Of a DNA stretch of 64,000 nt, positions 52,272-62,229 are shown in pieces; the stretch's first letter is position 1, and the number at the start of each line of letters is the position of its first letter. The position numbers and the translations under genes are program-made. This stretch comes from an uncultured cyanobacterium (GTDB lineage: Bacteria; Cyanobacteriota; Cyanobacteriia; Cyanobacteriales; Nostocaceae), in NCBI GenBank assembly GCA_963740315.1, contig CAVUDP010000004.1, forward strand, positions 480,001 to 544,000, in the 5' to 3' direction. Under the pieces are notes generated by a model. The model was not told where the DNA came from, searched no databases, and worked only from the letters and a program-made list of their open reading frames with translations.

Positions 52272-52841
52272 ATGGTCGCATCCCCACAGCAAAACTACAT
52301 AACTCCAGAAGAATACCTGCTACTGGAGCAAGAAAGCGATATCAAGCACGAATATATTGACGGTTATGCTTATGGAATGGCTGGTGCTAACGATGCTCAC
52401 GTGACTGTTTCCGGAAACTTGTTTGCTCTTCTCCGAAGTCATGTAAGGGGTTCGGGTTGTCGCGTTTTCATCTCGGATATGAAAGCTCGGATTGAACAAC
52501 TGAATCGATATTATTACCCAGATGTGATGGTAACGTGTGACGAAAGGGATAGGGAAAATACACAAGAAAAGAAATTCCCTTGTTTAATTGTGGAAGTTTT
52601 ATCCGATTCTACAGAAGCATTTGATAGGGGTGACAAATTTGAGAATTATCAACAATTAGAAACCCTTCAAGAATATGTTTTAATTAATGCCAAACGTCAG
52701 CGAGTTGATTGTTTTCGCCGTAATCATGAAGGGCTTTGGGTATTACAGTTTTATGCTTCTGGGGATAAATCTTTTCAACTGCAAAGTATTAATTTTGAAG
52801 TGGAGATGAGCGCACTTTATGAGGATGTGGTTTTTGGTTGA
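52272..52841 (+). CDS. Uma2 family (DUF820) endonuclease-fold protein
   Basis: KHEYIDG, YYYPDVMV, IVEVLSDSTEAFDRGDKF, EYVLI; ATG 52272. Confidence 0.9.
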   Translation: MVASPQQNYITPEEYLLLEQESDIKHEYIDGYAYGMAGANDAHVTVSGNLFALLRSHVRGSGCRVFISDMKARIEQLNRYYYPDVMVTCDERDRENTQEKKFPCLIVEVLSDSTEAFDRGDKFENYQQLETLQEYVLINAKRQRVDCFRRNHEGLWVLQFYASGDKSFQLQSINFEVEMSALYEDVVFG

Positions 52842-53515
52842 TTACGGGCATAATTACGCACGTAACCGGGAACTTCAACACCTTCAATCAAACGCTCATC
52901 GGCGATCGCCTTACCTGGAATCATCTGCAACGGTAAAACACCCGCCCATACTGGTAAATTGTAATCTGCTTCATCATCTACAGGATTACCAGTACGCACC
53001 TTTGCAGACGCTTCTGTTAAAGGTAGAGAAAGTACCATCGTTCCCTGCAATTCATGTTTATTTGGCTGACGTATTTCTTGCCAACGTTGCGGTATAACGT
53101 GTTCGGTAAAGGCTCGCAGTGCTTCCATTTTCTCTTCAATATTATTAACTAATGTCGCCGTACCGAATATTACTACCGAACGATAATTCATTGAGTGGTG
53201 AAATGCGGAACGTGCTAATACTAATCCATCTAATAAAGTCACCGTTACGCATACTTCGATACCTTGAGTTAAATTACGCAACATTCTGCTCGCGGGTGAG
53301 CCGTGAATATAAAGTTTATCGTCTACTCTTCCGTAAGCTGTGGGAATTACAAAGGGTTGATTGTTTGCGGTAAATCCAACGTGACAAATTAATGCTTCAT
53401 CTAAAATGTTGTAAATAGTTTGAGTTTCATAATTACCGCGTTTTGGTACTCTTTTAATTTTGCTGCGTTGGGTGGGGGTAAGTTGTTGATTTGTTTCGTT
53501 GTTGGAAGTAGTCAT
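52817..53515 (-). CDS. Pyridoxamine 5'-phosphate oxidase family (NimA-like) flavin-binding protein
   Basis: CHVGF, PFVIPT, YIHGS, LDGLVLARSAFHHSMNYRSV, WAGVLP; start could be 53542. Confidence 0.88.
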   Translation of the reverse strand: MTTSNNETNQQLTPTQRSKIKRVPKRGNYETQTIYNILDEALICHVGFTANNQPFVIPTAYGRVDDKLYIHGSPASRMLRNLTQGIEVCVTVTLLDGLVLARSAFHHSMNYRSVVIFGTATLVNNIEEKMEALRAFTEHVIPQRWQEIRQPNKHELQGTMVLSLPLTEASAKVRTGNPVDDEADYNLPVWAGVLPLQMIPGKAIADERLIEGVEVPGYVRNYARNQPKTTSS

Positions 53516-53552
53516 GGTTTTTTGGTTTGTATATTCTTTCAAAGTAATTTGC

Positions 53553-53671
53553 GTAGTAGGAGCATCTTGGGGACATTGTAGCGAGGGAGCAAGATGCTCC
53601 CACTACTAATCACTTATTTTCACCGCAGAAATGACTATACTAAGCATGAAGAGGGCTGAAGCCCTTACTAC
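53553..53671. repeat. GTAG-type REP elements
   Basis: GTAGTAGGAGCATCTTG...CAAGATGCTCCCACTAC and GAGGGCTGAAGCCCTTACTAC. Confidence 0.65.
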
Positions 53672-53683
53672 GAACAAAAAGAT

Positions 53684-54163
53684 TTAAGTTAAATCTAATT
53701 GCATTGCGTTACTTGGTGAAAATCCTAAGTTTTCATAAACGGGTTTTCCTGCTGGCGATGCATTTAAAATAGCTTTAGTACAATTGATAGATTTCAAATG
53801 CTCAACTGTAGCGTTAGTTAATTGTTTGGCTATTCCTTTTCTACGATGAGAAGGTTCGACGTAAACGCCCCAAATGTATCCGTATTTGCGATATTCTTCT
53901 TCTAGGATTAGTGAATATAAACCTGTAAAAAGTTGACAACTTGCTGAGCCGACAACTAGATTATCAATTTCAGCAACAAAACCTTTGTAAAATAAGTTTT
54001 GACGAGCTTCTTTAATAAACTCTAAAGTCAGGTTACAGTGATTGGGTTTGATAAAGTTTTTAGAAACACCAATATCTAACCACATTCGATAAAAATGCTC
54101 TGCAATTATTGAATCTTCCTTTGAAGTTGTTTCTCTAATATCGATATTTATCTCTTTATACAT
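53684..54163 (-). CDS. GNAT family N-acetyltransferase
   Basis: VYVEPSHRRKGIA, LNASPAGKPVYENLGF. Confidence 0.9.
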   Translation of the reverse strand: MYKEINIDIRETTSKEDSIIAEHFYRMWLDIGVSKNFIKPNHCNLTLEFIKEARQNLFYKGFVAEIDNLVVGSASCQLFTGLYSLILEEEYRKYGYIWGVYVEPSHRRKGIAKQLTNATVEHLKSINCTKAILNASPAGKPVYENLGFSPSNAMQLDLT

Positions 54164-54224
54164 TTAACTCTCTTTCTTCTTCCTCTGCGTACTCAGCGTC
54201 TCTGCGGTTTTTTAATCCAATGAT

Positions 54225-54292
54225 GGTGCGTTACGGCAAAGCTCAGATATTTGTTTTACTTTGATATTATTTCGTGCCGTGACGCACCCTAC
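54225..54292. repeat. GTAG-type REP inverted repeat; its GTAG supplies the MOSC stop codon
   Basis: GGTGCGTTACGGCA...TGCCGTGACGCACCCTAC. Confidence 0.7.
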
Positions 54293-55068
54293 AAAACACT
54301 CAATTCATCACCGATTTGAATAACTTGATTGCCAACTTCTTCCTCGGCTAATCGAGTATTTACAGCCAGCTTATAATAATGGTTGAAACGAGATTTATTT
54401 ACCCACTCTGGTAAATCTCTACGTTTACTGATAAATGTTTTCTGAAAATCTGAATTAACTTTTGCTGTAACTGCATTTCGAGTCGGAACAATACAGCGCT
54501 GACAGGGATTTACGCCTACAAATTGCAGATTCCCAAGTTTAAAATTAACAACGCGATCGCTTTCACAAAACAATTTATCTTCCCAAAATGCGGGGACTCC
54601 ATCTATTTCTATAGTGGTACGCATTCGACGACGGATATCGTCTTCTGTTAAGTCTGAATACCAGGAAGCAACTTCTTTTAAAGTGGCAGTACTAACTATA
54701 GTTGGTCCCGGTGAAACGGTATCATCAGGAAAGCCTGTTATTAAGTTTTTTCGTAATTTAACGGTAAAACCAAAAAACTCGCTTAACCAAGCTTCTAAAC
54801 GTGGTGTTTCTGATTCTAGATCAAAACTTTCTTCTATCTCGCTACCTTGAATTTGCAGCGACACAATTTTATTTTCTAAATCAAACTTTGAGCGCAATAA
54901 ATGAATTTTGGCATAGCGTTTAGCATTGACATACTTACCTTGCTTGTCAAAAATAGCAAATTGGCGATCGCACTCCAAGGCACCACTCTGCAAAACCCTT
55001 GCTTGTCTAACTTCCACCCCATCAAGTGACTTGATTGGATAGATGCAAATTCTGGCTACATGGGGCAT
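54289..55068 (-). CDS. MOSC domain protein
   Basis: IYPIKSLDG, DRQFA, GFPDD, RRMRTTI, PCQRCIVP; ATG 55068. Confidence 0.88.
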   Translation of the reverse strand: MPHVARICIYPIKSLDGVEVRQARVLQSGALECDRQFAIFDKQGKYVNAKRYAKIHLLRSKFDLENKIVSLQIQGSEIEESFDLESETPRLEAWLSEFFGFTVKLRKNLITGFPDDTVSPGPTIVSTATLKEVASWYSDLTEDDIRRRMRTTIEIDGVPAFWEDKLFCESDRVVNFKLGNLQFVGVNPCQRCIVPTRNAVTAKVNSDFQKTFISKRRDLPEWVNKSRFNHYYKLAVNTRLAEEEVGNQVIQIGDELSVL

Positions 55069-55332
55069 ATTCAGCCTCCAGATAATCACTGTCGAACTAA
55101 ATAACAGCGTAATTTATATAGTGGTTGGTTACAAGAGCCAATTTTATGATTTAGTACCAGTCCACTTTGATAGTAAAGATAGATTTTCTATAACTCGGAG
55201 AAAGGAACTGTTTTGATAGCTGACTCATTAATGGCACCTTTTGTCAAGGGAAATATAAAGATTTTGACCTTGATTGTGAATTTTTTTTAATGATTTGGGA
55301 ATACTAAATCCGGAAGTGTCAAGGATAAAAGT

Positions 55333-58300
55333 ATGATTAGCATTCCTGGATATCACATTAATGAACAACTCTACAACGGTTCTCGAACCCAGGTTTACCG
55401 AGGGATTCGAGAAAACGATCGAAAACCTGTAGTTATCAAATTGCTAAAAAATGCTTACCCTAGTTTCAGCGAGTTGGTGCAGTTTCGCAATCAGTACACC
55501 ATTGCTAAAAATCTCAACTACACACGAATCATCCAAACTTATAGCTTAGAAAATTACCAAAATGGCTATGCATTGGTAATGGAAGACATGGGAGGAATTT
55601 CTCTGAGTGAATATTTTACCAATAATATTGCGTCTCTACAGGAATTTCTGAAAATAGCAATTTCCCTGTGCGATATATTAGACATTTTATACCGTCATAG
55701 AATAATTCATAAAGATATTAAACCTGCCAATATATTAATTAATCCCGAAACAAAACAGGTTAAATTAATTGACTTTAGTATTGCTTCTTTACTTCCAAAA
55801 GAAACTCAAACTGTCCTAAATGCTAATGTCTTGGAAGGGACTTTAAGTTACATATCTCCAGAGCAAACTGGAAGAATGAATCGAGGAATTGATTACCGGA
55901 CTGATTTTTATTCTTTGGGGGTAACTTTTTACGAATTACTCACCGGAGAATTACCTTTTAAGTCGGATGATGCGATGGAGTTGGTGCATTGTCATATTGC
56001 CAAACAACCACCAACTATGAATAAACCTCACCCTAACCCTCTCCTTAGTAAGGAGAGGGGACAAGAGATTCCTCACGTTTTATCAGATATCGTGATGAAA
56101 TTGATGGCGAAAAATGCCGAAGATAGATATCAAAGTGCTTTGGGATTAAAGTACGATTTAGAAATTTGTTTAAAACAACTTCAAGATACGGGAAAGATTG
56201 AAGATTTTGAAATTGCCCAAAGAGATATTTGTGACAGATTTATTATTCCTGAAAAACTTTATGGCAGAGAAAGCGAAGTCAAAAAACTATTAGCTGCATT
56301 TAACAGAGTTGCTGGTATCACTTCTCGTTCCCTGGCTCTGCCAGGGAATGCATATCATGAGGCTCTGCCTCTATACCAGGAGGCGGAGCCTCTTGAAATG
56401 CCCTGCAAGGCAAGGGTTCCTTGTAACGAGGGGAAAACAGAATTAATGCTAGTAGCAGGTTTTTCGGGTATTGGTAAAACTGCAATTGTTAATGAAGTTC
56501 ATAAACCGATAGTTAAACAGCGCGGCTATTTTATTAAAGGTAAATTTGACCAGTTTAATCGTAATATTCCTTTGGACGCTTTTGTACAAGCTTTTCGGGA
56601 TTTGATGGGACAATTAAGAACGGAAACTGATGCTCAATTGTCAGGTTGGAAACACAAAATATTACAAGCTTTGGGTGAAAGTGGGCAAGTTATTATTGAT
56701 GTTATTCCCGAATTAGAAGAAATCATTGGGAAACAACCACCCGTACCAGAACTATCGGGTACTGCTGCTCAAAATCGCTTTAATTTATTATTTCAAAAGT
56801 TTATTCAAGTTTTTACTACCAAAGAACATCCTTTAGTTATTTTCTTGGATGATTTGCAATGGGCTGATTCTGGATCTTTGAATTTGATGCAGTTGCTAAT
56901 GAGCGAATCTGAAAGCGGATATTTATTATTAATTGGTGCTTATCGAGATAATGAAGTGTTTGCGGCTCATCCTTTAATGTTGATGTTAGAGGAAGTGAGT
57001 AAATCAAAAGCAATAATTAATACCATTACCTTAGCACCATTAAGTGAAGAAAGTTTAAATCAATTGGTTGCCGATACTTTAAATTGTCTTCCTTTGACAG
57101 CAAAACCGCTGACTCAACTCGTATATCAAAAAACAAAAGGGAATCCATTTTTTAGCACGCAATTTTTGAAGTCTCTACATGAAGATGGTTTAATAAAATT
57201 CGATCTTAATTTTAGTTCCTGGAAATGCGATATTACCGAGGTAACAGCCTTAGCTCTTACTGCTGATGTTGTTGAATTTATGGGATTGCAGTTGCAAAAG
57301 TTGCCCGAATCAACGCAAAATATTTTGAAATTAGCGGCTTGTATTGGGAATCAATTTGATTTGACAACATTGGCAATAGTTTGTCAAAAGTCTGAAGCTG
57401 AAACTGCTGCCGATTTATGGAAAGCATTGCAGTTCGGGTTGATTCTACCGCAAAGTGAGATTTATAAGTTTTATCTTGAAGAGGAAACGCGGGTAACTGG
57501 GTTACAAAAAGAGCATATTGTATATAAATTTTTGCATGACAGGGTTCAACAAGCTGCATATTCTTTGATTCTTGAAAACCAAAAACAAACCACCCATTAC
57601 CACATTGGAAAACTGCTGCTCGAACAAATCTCTCCCGAAGCAAAAGAAGACAGAATTTTTGAATTAGTTAATCAATTAAACTATGGTATTACTTTAATTA
57701 ACGAGCAAAAAGAACGCGACGAATTAGCCCGACTTAATCTTATTGCTTGTCGCAAAGCTAGAAGTGCGATCGCCTCTATAGCAGGTTCTGAATATAGCAG
57801 TATCGGATTATCTTTGCTGGGGGAAAATGCTTGGCTGCAACAATATGAAATGAGTCTTGCATTCCATGACTTAGGGGCAGAATTAGCTTTTTTAAGCGGT
57901 GACTTTAAGACGATGGAACAGTTAATTGATACGGTTATCAAACGAGCCAATTCTTTACTAGAACAAGTCAGTGTTTACCGCATCATAATTCAAGCAAATG
58001 TTTCTCAGAATAAATTGATTGAAGCTATTAATATTGCTCAACAACTGTTACAAAAATTGGGTGTCAGCTTTCCCGAAACTCCGACTCCGAATGATATTCA
58101 ACAAAGTATTGTAGAGATTGGCGAACTGATTGGAGACAGGGTTGAAGAGTTGGTTAACCTACCCCAGATGACGGATAAAGAAAAAATCGCCATCGTGCAG
58201 GTTGCTAATAGCGTTATACCATCCGCTCAACTGTGTGGTTTCCCTTGTTTCCATTGCTGATTGCTTTGTCAGTCAAGCTATCTATTCAATACGGTAATAT

Positions 58301-61250
58301 ACCTGATTCTGCTTTTGGTTATGCCTGTTTTGGTATCCTTGCCTGTAGGCTTTTGCAAGATGTGGAGAAGGGGGTAAAGTTTGGTGACTTGGCAGTTGAA
58401 TTGGTTTCTAAACTGGATGCTAAAGCTGTCAAACCACAGGTATTCGATGCGGTAGGGTTATTCATTTTACACCGCAAATTTCATATTAAAAAAATCCTAC
58501 CGCTTGCCCAAGAAGGTTATACAACTGCGCTAGAAGTTGGCAACTACCTATTCGCTAATATAGCCCAGCAGTACAGTCTCTACTCTTTTTGGTGCAGTCA
58601 GCCCCTTACGAACTTGGAGCAAGAGACGAAAGCTTACACTAATGCTTTATTGCAATTGAATCAATTGACAACAGCTAATTGGTGTCGAATTTATTGGCAA
58701 TCTATTTCAAATTTACTAGGTTTTGCACCGCATCCGAGTATTTTATCTGGGGAAGTAATTAGTGAAACAGAATTTTTGCCTTTATTGCTCGAAGCTCGTG
58801 AATTACTGGGGATATTTTTCTTTTATTTATATAAGCTAATGCTCTGCTATCTGTTTGGAGAAATTGAATTAGCTAAAAGCCATAGTGTTGAAGTCAGACG
58901 CTATTTAATAGCTGGTGGTGCAACCATTGGTGAACCCATATTTTACTTCTATGATTCTTTGAGTATTCTTGCAGCATTAAGTCTAAAATCTCCACAAACA
59001 TCAGAAGAATTGCAGCAAGTTGGACAAAACCAAGCGCAACTGCAACAGCAATGGGCAAATTATGCTCCAATGAATCACCAGCATAAGGTAGATTTAGTTG
59101 AAGCAGAAAAACATCGAGTATTAGGACAAAAAACTCAAGCAATCGAACTATACGATAAAGCCATTTCTGGAGCAAAAGCCAATGAATACCTTCAGGAAGA
59201 AGCTTTAGCTAACGAACTCGCAGCCAAATTCTATCTCGATTGGGGTAAAGAAAAAGTTGCTCAAGTTTATATGCAAGAAGCTTATTACTGTTATGCGAAA
59301 TGGGGAGCCAAAGCTAAAACCGATGACTTAGAAAAACGCTATCCCCATCTACTTGCACCAATTTTACAAGCGCAAAAATACAGCTTTAAAATCAACGAAA
59401 CCTACTTCAAAACAAATCAAACTATCCAAACAAGTCGTTCGAGCAGCAGCGTTTGTGAAACTTTAGATTTTGCCAGCATTCTCAAAGCAACACAGGCTTT
59501 ATCGAAAGAAATTGAATTAGAAGAGTTAATTTCAACTTTACTGCAAATAGTAATCGAAAATGCTGGAGCAGAAAAAGCTGCTTTAGTTTTTCTTAAAGAA
59601 AATATTCTAAATTTAGAAGCTGTAGCTACTAAAGATAATGGTGTAACTCACTTATCAATACCATACGAAACCAGCAGCGATATTCCCAATACAGTTATAA
59701 ATTATGTCAAACGTAGTTTAAAAACTGTTGTGCTAGATAATGCCAAAGTTGAAAATGATTTTGCGAGAGACGAATACTTAATACAGCAGCAGCCCAAAAG
59801 TTTATTATGTACGCCGATTTTAGATCGAGGTAAATTAATCGGGTTGCTGTATCTGGAAAATAAATTAATCAAAGGTGCATTTACACCGGAAAGATTGGAA
59901 GTAATTAATGTGTTATGTACTCAAGCTGCTATTTCCTTAGAAAATGCCCGACTTCACGCACAAGAAAGAGAAAAATCTCATCGGTTAGAACAATCTCAAC
60001 AACGATTAAAATTAATTATTCAGCAAACACCTGTAGCTGTAATTGAGTGGGATACTAGTTTTAAGTTTGAGTCTTGGAACCCAGCAGCAGAGAAAATTTT
60101 TGGCTATCGAGCCGAAGAAATTTTAGGTCGGCATTTACGCTATATTATTCCCGAAGAGTATCATGGTTTCGTGGATGAGGTGACTACAGAAATATTAGCT
60201 CAACGTGGGGGATCGCACGGAATAAATGAAAACTTAACAAAAGACGGTCGGCGCATTAGTTGTGAGTGGTTCAACGCTCCTATGCTTAACTCTAACGGTG
60301 AGGTTTGTGGTGGTGTTTCGATGACTTTAGATATTAGCGATCGCATTGCTGCACAATCAGCTATAAATCAGAAATCGCAAGAGTTAGAAAAAGCTTTACA
60401 AGAACTAAACCAAGCCCAATTACAAATGGTGCAAAATGAAAAAATGGCAACTTTGGGTAATTTAGTTGCTGGAGTAGCCCACGAAGTTAACAACCCGATT
60501 GGATTTCTCAAAGGTAGTATCAGCAATGCAGAAGATTATATTAAAGATTTGTTTGCTCATATAGAATGCTATCAAGAAAATTATCCGACTCCAGAAGAAG
60601 AAATTATAGAAAACGCCGAAGATATTGATTTAGAATTTATCACTGAGGATTTACCAAAGCTGTTAGATTCTATGAGGTTAGCAACACAAAGAATTAAAGA
60701 TATTAGTACCAGTTTGCGTACTTTTTCTAGAGCAGATACATCCCAAAAAGTTGCTTGCAATATTCATGAAGGTATTGATAGCACGATTTTAATTTTAAAA
60801 TATCGTCTCAAAGCTAACGATAAACGTCCGGCAATTGAAGTTATCAAAGAGTACGGTGAATTACCGCCTGTAAAGTGTTTTCTGGGACAGTTAAACCAAG
60901 TATTTATGAATATCATTGCCAACGCGATAGATGCTTTAGACATGACAAATGAGGGAAAAACATTCGCCGAAATACAAGAAAACCCTCACAAAATAACTAT
61001 TAACACCTCTGTCTCTACCGATCGACGTTCTTGTTTTATTCGCATCCAAGATAATGGTTCGGGGATGCCAGAGTCAATTCGAGAACGTATATTTGATAAT
61101 CTTTTTACTACTAAAGAAGTCGGTAAAGGTACGGGTTTGGGATTGGCTATTGCTAAACAAATTGTCGAAGAAACTCACAATGGTAAAATCAGCTGTAACT
61201 CAACTTTAGGAGAAGGAACTGAGTTTGTAATTGAACTACCTATTAATTGA
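55333..61250 (+). CDS. Ser/Thr kinase - AAA ATPase - GAF - PAS - histidine kinase, frameshift (one base missing) at ~58242-58244
   Basis: [34 protein letters not shown] (LYLEN); PAS; AHEVNNP, GTGLG. The two ORFs join as [14 protein letters not shown] with one extra base. Confidence 0.9.
56024..56060. repeat. Palindromic repeat in frame within the kinase
   Basis: CCCTCTCCTTA-G-TAAGGAGAGGG, encodes [12 protein letters not shown]. Confidence 0.75.
56324..56430. mobile_element. 107-bp three-hairpin MITE-like element in frame within the kinase
   Basis: Ends CTCGTT/AACGAG; hairpins TTCCCTGGC/GCCAGGGAA, GAGGCTCTGCCTC/GAGGCGGAGCCTC, TGCAAGG/CCTTGTA. Confidence 0.7.
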
Positions 61251-61290
61251 TTTTAGATTTTGGATTTTGGATTTTAGATTAAACTTTTAC

Positions 61291-61652
61291 TATAGCAGTC
61301 CTAAATGATTCGTGAAATTTGAAGTAATACGTTCGCGTAGCGTGTCCTCTTAGGACAGCATCTTGCTCGCTGGCAATAATAATTCATAAAATTTGAAGTA
61401 GTGCGTTCGCGTAGCGTGTCCTCTTAGGACAGCATCTTGCTCGCTGGCAATAATAATTCATAAAATTTGAAGTAGTGCGTTCGCGTAGCGTGTCCTCTTA
61501 GGACAGCATCTTGCTCGCTGGCAATAATAATTCATAAAATTTGAAGTAATACGTTCGCGTAGCGTGTCCTCTTAGGACAGCATCTTGCTCGCACTACTTT
61601 ATAGATATAAATAAGCGTAATTTTTTTACAACTGCTGAGCCGGATTGCTATA
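61291..61652. mobile_element. MITE-like element with TATAGCAGTCC / GGATTGCTATA ends
   Basis: 11-bp terminal inverted repeats (1 mismatch), TA at both ends, no ORF. Confidence 0.55.
61308..61592. repeat. 74-bp tandem repeat, ~3.8 copies
   Basis: GAAGTA starts at 61321, 61395, 61469 and 61543; units near-identical. Confidence 0.95.
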
Positions 61653-62066
61653 AAAATAATCCCCGTTGCCTACTCCTTAATAATCATTATCGGCAACACA
61701 AATCCCTTTACATTTAATGCCATTCGTAGCGGTGCGCTTGCAATGGGGACATAGTATCTTTTCGCTGTCTGTCTCTGAATCGTTCTTTGCATTGCTACTT
61801 GCTTGTGACTTATCTTTTTCAATCTGGGATTCTGAAGTCATAAAAAAGAGATTTTGCGGTTTTCATCTATATTTTACAATCGCAGAGATTTTCTGTTCCC
61901 TATTCCCTGTCACTCTTATCAATCTAATAAATAGATTATGATTCGACGTAAATAAAATTGCTGATGTTAACATAGAGAAGATTTGATGTAAATTAGTAAA
62001 AATATTTAATTACCATGTATTTTTTATACGAAGTATACTTGATTATTATCCCGGTATAGCTCGCAC

Positions 62067-62125
62067 ATCTTGCACTATCTAAGTAAAGGCACAAAGAAAC
62101 CGCGTTTCTCGTCGAGGTGCAAGAT
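62067..62125. repeat. Small inverted-repeat element
   Basis: ATCTTGCAC...GTGCAAGAT with an internal AGAAACCGCGTTTCT hairpin. Confidence 0.5.
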
Positions 62126-62229
62126 ATAGGAGTAGAGATAAATACATTAATTTGTATGTAATTCCCGAAAGAGTCAGTTTACGAAGAAAACTTAGTCAGT
62201 TGTAAAAAGCTGAAGGGAAGTGTAGAGCA

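Noticed and set aside
52817..52841. 25-bp convergent overlap of the Uma2 and PNPOx genes
   Set aside because: Short tail-to-tail overlaps are common; nothing else suggests a function.
61308..61592. CRISPR array
   Set aside because: Units are near-identical over their whole 74 bp, there are no unique spacers, and no cas genes are in the window.
61717..61941. 74-aa ORF upstream of the radical SAM gene
   Set aside because: No RBS or recognisable motif; reads like intergenic sequence.
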